This document shows positions 60,055-64,000 of a stretch of 64,000 bases of DNA, in pieces. The position numbers were made by a program, and so were the translations under genes. How positions within the stretch are numbered: the first letter of the stretch is position 1; each line of letters starts with the position of its first letter. The notes under the pieces are model-generated. The model had not been told where the DNA came from, ran no database searches, and saw nothing but the letters and a program-made list of their open reading frames with translations. The stretch comes from a bacterium (GTDB taxonomy: Bacteria; J088; JAWLBW01). The stretch covers positions 1-64,000 of the forward strand of contig JAWLHK010000017.1 of NCBI GenBank assembly GCA_041690355.1, in the 5' to 3' direction.

Positions 60055-60723
60055 TCAAGGCAGTTGCACCTCGCGCCGTGCGAGGTTTCCGCGGCGGTCG
60101 TAAGCGCGCAGCTCCAGGCGGTCGCCCGAGCCGAGAATGCCGTGCACGGTCGCTTCGCCTTTCAGCGCGTAGCTGGTGAAGACGCGCACGCCGCGGTGGA
60201 AGCCGTGGATCTCAATCGGCTCCTCATCGTCGGGTTCAAGGGCCCAGCGGATGCGCGCCATCATCCCCTCGCGCTGCGCCGTTGCCGTACGGAAAATCCC
60301 CACGAGCGGATCGTGATCGAAGAACACGCTCTTTTCGGCATAGGCATCGTTCGCGTCGTCGTCGACGAATTCGGGGCGTGGTCGCACGCGGAAGGTGGCC
60401 TCATGCTTGCCATTGGACAGCGCCTCGCGGTCGACCGGGCAGCGGAAAATATCCTCGGTGAACACGCCGTCAATGGTGTGCAGTCGTTCTGCCTTCCACG
60501 TGCAGGGGAGTGGTTCGCCATCGTCAATTACCACCTCGCCGACCAATTCGGCAGGTCTCTCGAGCGAGTCCTTGACGATGAAGCCGAATTCCTGCCGCTG
60601 CCCCGTCTGGGCGTTGGCGGCCGGAGCCGTTTGCGTGATGCGGAGATCCCGGTACTCGGGAACAGGCCTGCAGGCCGTGACGAAGAGCCCGAGAGCCAGC
60701 GCCGGAAGGATGTGCCTATTCAT
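60055..60723 (-). CDS. Hypothetical lipoprotein with Ig-like character
   Basis: FVTAC lipobox; C-terminal LELRAYDRRGN; GAGGT RBS. Confidence 0.65.
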   Translation of the reverse strand: MNRHILPALALGLFVTACRPVPEYRDLRITQTAPAANAQTGQRQEFGFIVKDSLERPAELVGEVVIDDGEPLPCTWKAERLHTIDGVFTEDIFRCPVDREALSNGKHEATFRVRPRPEFVDDDANDAYAEKSVFFDHDPLVGIFRTATAQREGMMARIRWALEPDDEEPIEIHGFHRGVRVFTSYALKGEATVHGILGSGDRLELRAYDRRGNLARREVQLP

Positions 60724-60732
60724 GGTTCCACC

Positions 60733-62787
60733 TCACTTCGTCAGGGGGGCACGCAGCGGAACAAGCGCGCCGGTTGCAGGTTCATAGAGATAATCGGCGC
60801 CGCTCTGCATCCATACGTGAAGGCGGCTGCCGTCCCGGACACTCCAGCCAGCCGGAGACCCCATCCAGACGGTGCGGCGGCGCTCGATTCCTTCCTGGTC
60901 CATGTGCACGATGGACGTCGTGAAGGAGGCCCGGTCATCGCTGAGCACGTACCAGGCGCCCCCTGTCACGGGCAGCAAGCCGGCGACGCCGCTGAGCGGC
61001 AGATCGAGCTGGATGTCGGTCTCGAGCCCCGGGCCGAAGATGCTCACGCGGGTCGCCAGATCGTCGCCCGGGCGTCGGCCGCCGAGCCACGGGTCGACCA
61101 GCCGCGAACACCAGGCGAAGCCTTCTCCCTCCTTATTGAGATGGCCGCCGCGCAGTACCGTCTTGCTCGCGCCCGCCAGTTCCGTCGGATTTTTGAATGT
61201 GCATCCCGAGCCGATGCCGGCAAGATCGAGAACCGGCCGATCCGCGCCGCCCTGCGGTGTGGTGAGGAGATCGCTCTCCAGATCCGGCAGGTTCACGGCG
61301 GGGCTCGACTCCCATCCGTCCGGTGAGACGGCGTGGACGGATTTGCCTTCGTGGCTTCCGCGGACAAACACTGCGTCGCCCACCGTGCGAATCCAGCGGT
61401 TGCGTGACGATTCGCTGAACGTCGCCAGTTGCACGCTTTCCGTGCCGCCCGCAGGCCAGGCGCGCAGGACGTTATCGGCGGTGACCTCGATGGCGTAGGT
61501 CCCGGCGCGCCCGAAGAATCGAAGGTTTTCGAGCCGCCGCCAGGACGTTTCGGTGGCCGCCGCTTCGTATACGCCGTACCAGGTTCCCTCACGGCGCACG
61601 AGCCGATCGACAATCTGTCCATTAACGACCGCGGTCGTCATCGTCGCAAAGGCGCGCGGTTCCTTCCACTCGGGAAGTCCCGCGATGAATTCGCCGCGCT
61701 CCCACGCGGAGCCGGCACGGTCGAGGGTCGGCATGCGCACGATGGTACGCTCGCCGATGTCGCGGAAGTTACCGAAGCCGTAGACCGTCTCATCGGCGAC
61801 CAGGATCCCGATCGGGTCTTTTGGATAGCGCGTTTCCACTTCGGGCGCCTCCCAGTCGACGGCGAGGACCAGGATCTCCCGGTTGCCCGCGGCGACGTAG
61901 GCGTTCTCGTCCCGCACCTGCACGCTGTTGGCGTAGAAGTTCGGGTCGGTAATCTCATAGGTTTGCCAGGTGCCGAGCGTCACCGGCTCGAAGAACCAGA
62001 CGCCGCCGCCGTTGTTGGCGACGACGAGGCTGTCGCCGTTGCCGTGGGCATCCTTGGCGTTCGGGTGGTCGAGCTCCGGCGACTGCTGAAGATACTCCAC
62101 CGCGCCCTGGTCATTGACGTCGAGGTAACCGACGCGCGTGCAGGCGGAATAATAGATACGTGTCATACCGGCACCTAAACCACGCGTGCGCACGCCCGAG
62201 ACGTATCCGTCGACAGCCACGGCGGTGATTTCGCTGGGCCACCAGGGGTCGCTGAAATCGAAGAGCAGAAGGCCGTCGAATCCGGCGGCGACGGCTACCA
62301 GATGGTCCTGCACGGCAACGTCGACGGCGCGGCTCAACGCCGAGGCGTAGTAGCCTTGCCCGACATCCCCCTCCGGAAAGACGATCAGGCCGTTCTCCAT
62401 GCCGGCGACGACGATGAAGTCTGCGTTCGCGTCGATGCCGTTGCCGTGACCCAGCCAGGGAACCTCGAGGCGAAAAGGGTGTGTCCGGCCGACATCGGGA
62501 TCGGCTTCGTCCTCAGGGAGCGGGCCTGACCAGAGGTGGGCGCCATCCACGAGCCAGAGTCGATCGTTGAACACAGCGCCGTCGCGGAACAGGGCGTTCT
62601 GAAAGTAATCGGTGTAGTCGTGATCGGTCAGCCGCCCGCACTCTTCGTCGCTGAAGATGGTACGTCCGAACTCGTCGGTGACTCCCTTGGCCCCGGTGGG
62701 TGCGAAGTCGGTGGTCGGTCCGCCTGCGCAGGCTGCCGCGAGCAACAGCGCACCGAAGCCCCACCCTTTCGACAGGACACGTCGCAT
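60733..62787 (-). CDS. LVIVD-repeat/beta-propeller lipoprotein
   Basis: LAAAC lipobox after AAGGAG RBS; AVDVAVQDHLVAVAAGFDGLLLFDFSDP and AYVAAG repeats. Confidence 0.7.
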   Translation of the reverse strand: MRRVLSKGWGFGALLLAAACAGGPTTDFAPTGAKGVTDEFGRTIFSDEECGRLTDHDYTDYFQNALFRDGAVFNDRLWLVDGAHLWSGPLPEDEADPDVGRTHPFRLEVPWLGHGNGIDANADFIVVAGMENGLIVFPEGDVGQGYYASALSRAVDVAVQDHLVAVAAGFDGLLLFDFSDPWWPSEITAVAVDGYVSGVRTRGLGAGMTRIYYSACTRVGYLDVNDQGAVEYLQQSPELDHPNAKDAHGNGDSLVVANNGGGVWFFEPVTLGTWQTYEITDPNFYANSVQVRDENAYVAAGNREILVLAVDWEAPEVETRYPKDPIGILVADETVYGFGNFRDIGERTIVRMPTLDRAGSAWERGEFIAGLPEWKEPRAFATMTTAVVNGQIVDRLVRREGTWYGVYEAAATETSWRRLENLRFFGRAGTYAIEVTADNVLRAWPAGGTESVQLATFSESSRNRWIRTVGDAVFVRGSHEGKSVHAVSPDGWESSPAVNLPDLESDLLTTPQGGADRPVLDLAGIGSGCTFKNPTELAGASKTVLRGGHLNKEGEGFAWCSRLVDPWLGGRRPGDDLATRVSIFGPGLETDIQLDLPLSGVAGLLPVTGGAWYVLSDDRASFTTSIVHMDQEGIERRRTVWMGSPAGWSVRDGSRLHVWMQSGADYLYEPATGALVPLRAPLTK

Positions 62788-62948
62788 GGTTCTCTCCTTC
62801 ATGGTTGCCGAGCGGTATAGCAAATCACGTGCCAAGTCGTCGGTCCGCTCCAGGAAGTCAACGTATTCATGGTGATAGCCCTGTGCCGTGCCTCTCCGGC
62901 TTCCACGGGCACGCCCGGATGCGACAGGGGTGTCAGGTGCCCGGGCAC

Positions 62949-62983
62949 AAAAAAACGGCCGGCCTCCTCGGGGAGACCGGCCG
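62949..62983 (-). terminator. Intrinsic terminator of sodB
   Basis: Minus strand CGGCCGGTCTCC-loop-GGAGGCCGGCCG-TTTTTTT. Confidence 0.75.
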
Positions 62984-63006
62984 CCGACGCGGGCGAAGTG
63001 GTTCGC

Positions 63007-63591
63007 TCAGCCCAGGTTCTTCTCGACGAAGTCCCAGTTGACGAGATTCCAGAAGGCCTCGACGAACTTCGGGCGGGCGTTGCGGTAGTCGATGTAGTAG
63101 GCGTGCTCCCAGACGTCGCAGGTGAGCAGGGCCGTGTTGCCGTCGGTCATCGGGGTGCCGGCGTTCGACGTCGAGACGATGTCGAGCGAGCCGTCGCCCT
63201 TCTTGATGAGCCAGCCCCAGCCCGAGCCGAACTGCGCGACCGAGGTGTCGGCGAACTTCGTCTTGAAGTCCTGGAACGAACCGAAGGCCTTGTTGATGGC
63301 CTCGCCGATGCGGCCCTTGGGCTCACCGCCGCCGTTGGGCGACAGGCAGTTCCAGAAGAACGTGTGGTTCCACACCTGAGCGGCGTTATTGAAAATCTTG
63401 CCGGGGCCGGCCGTCTTGATGAGCTCTTCGAGCGACTTGCCCTGCAGCGAGGCGTCGGCTTCGACGAATTTGTTCAGGTTGTCGACATAGGCCTTGTGGT
63501 GCTTGCCGTAGTGGTACTCGAGGGTTTCCTTCGACATGTGCGGCTGCAGCGCGTCCATCGCGTACGGAAGCGGGGGAAGTTCGAAAGCCAT
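63007..63591 (-). CDS. sodB: Fe superoxide dismutase
   Basis: HYGKHH, FNNAAQVWNH (Fe-type), DVWEHAYY. Confidence 0.95.
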   Translation of the reverse strand: MAFELPPLPYAMDALQPHMSKETLEYHYGKHHKAYVDNLNKFVEADASLQGKSLEELIKTAGPGKIFNNAAQVWNHTFFWNCLSPNGGGEPKGRIGEAINKAFGSFQDFKTKFADTSVAQFGSGWGWLIKKGDGSLDIVSTSNAGTPMTDGNTALLTCDVWEHAYYIDYRNARPKFVEAFWNLVNWDFVEKNLG

Positions 63592-63771
63592 GTTTCGCGT
63601 TCTCCTTCAAGAAAAGCGTGGGTTGCGTCTCCCCGGCGCGGGGACGACGGAGGACTGGTTCAAAACCGGCGCCCCGGCGAAAAGTGTCTCGTTTCGGGGC
63701 AATCTCTTTAGCGTACCGCAAAGCAGAGCGCCTTGCAGCATGGGGGGCGGAAAATGGTCGCCCGTTTTCTA

Positions 63772-64000
63772 CCGTTCGTCCCGAGCTGACGGCGCTTAAC
63801 GGAGTGAGCGCGACAGCGAGGGGCCGCAATTCAATTGACGCTTGACGATTTTATCGACGATTGACGATTTTATGCCGTTCGTCCCGAGCTGACGGGCCGT
63901 AGCGGGGTGGAGGCCGACAGCGAGGGACCGCCCATGGGTGCCCACGGGCATGTCTCGCCGTCGTCTCCGGCTCAGCCAGCGAACCGCGGCTCCACACGAA
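63772..64000. repeat. Two REP-like copies separated by a (TTGACGA)-type heptamer array
   Basis: CCGTTCGTCCCGAGCTGACGG...GACAGCGAGGG at 63772 (left half only) and 63875 (runs to the window end); ttgacgc ttgacga...ttgacga between. Confidence 0.85.

Overview
GC-rich bacterial chromosomal window, about 55 protein genes, from a diderm organism (lipoproteins, Tat substrates, OM barrels, PpiD; a Deltaproteobacteria/Myxococcota-like lineage is only an inference). Housekeeping genes include an rlmD-like methyltransferase (partial), ppiD, bioD, gatCAB with a family-5 UDG, infA, rsgA, metY-metX-metW, clsB and sodB, mixed with many envelope proteins and lipoproteins. I found no rRNA, tRNA, CRISPR array, transposase or integrase. 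The best candidate for a poorly described system is the operon at 51.7-58.2 kb: two paralogous membrane-anchored CotH-like kinases with beta-helix tails, a DUF4956 membrane protein and a VTC polyphosphate-polymerase protein, followed by an OM barrel and a lipoprotein hydrolase. Direct reading also shows a dispersed palindromic REP-like family paired with 7-mer tandem arrays, and many apparently leaderless genes. A duplicated 3' end of the GH31 gene and a split hairpin mark two gene insertions. Two antitoxins have decayed PIN toxins, and two small proteins are missing from the ORF track. There is a uORF/hairpin leader before rsgA and an Rrf2-like operator before metY. All family calls come from motif recognition by eye; no searches were run.
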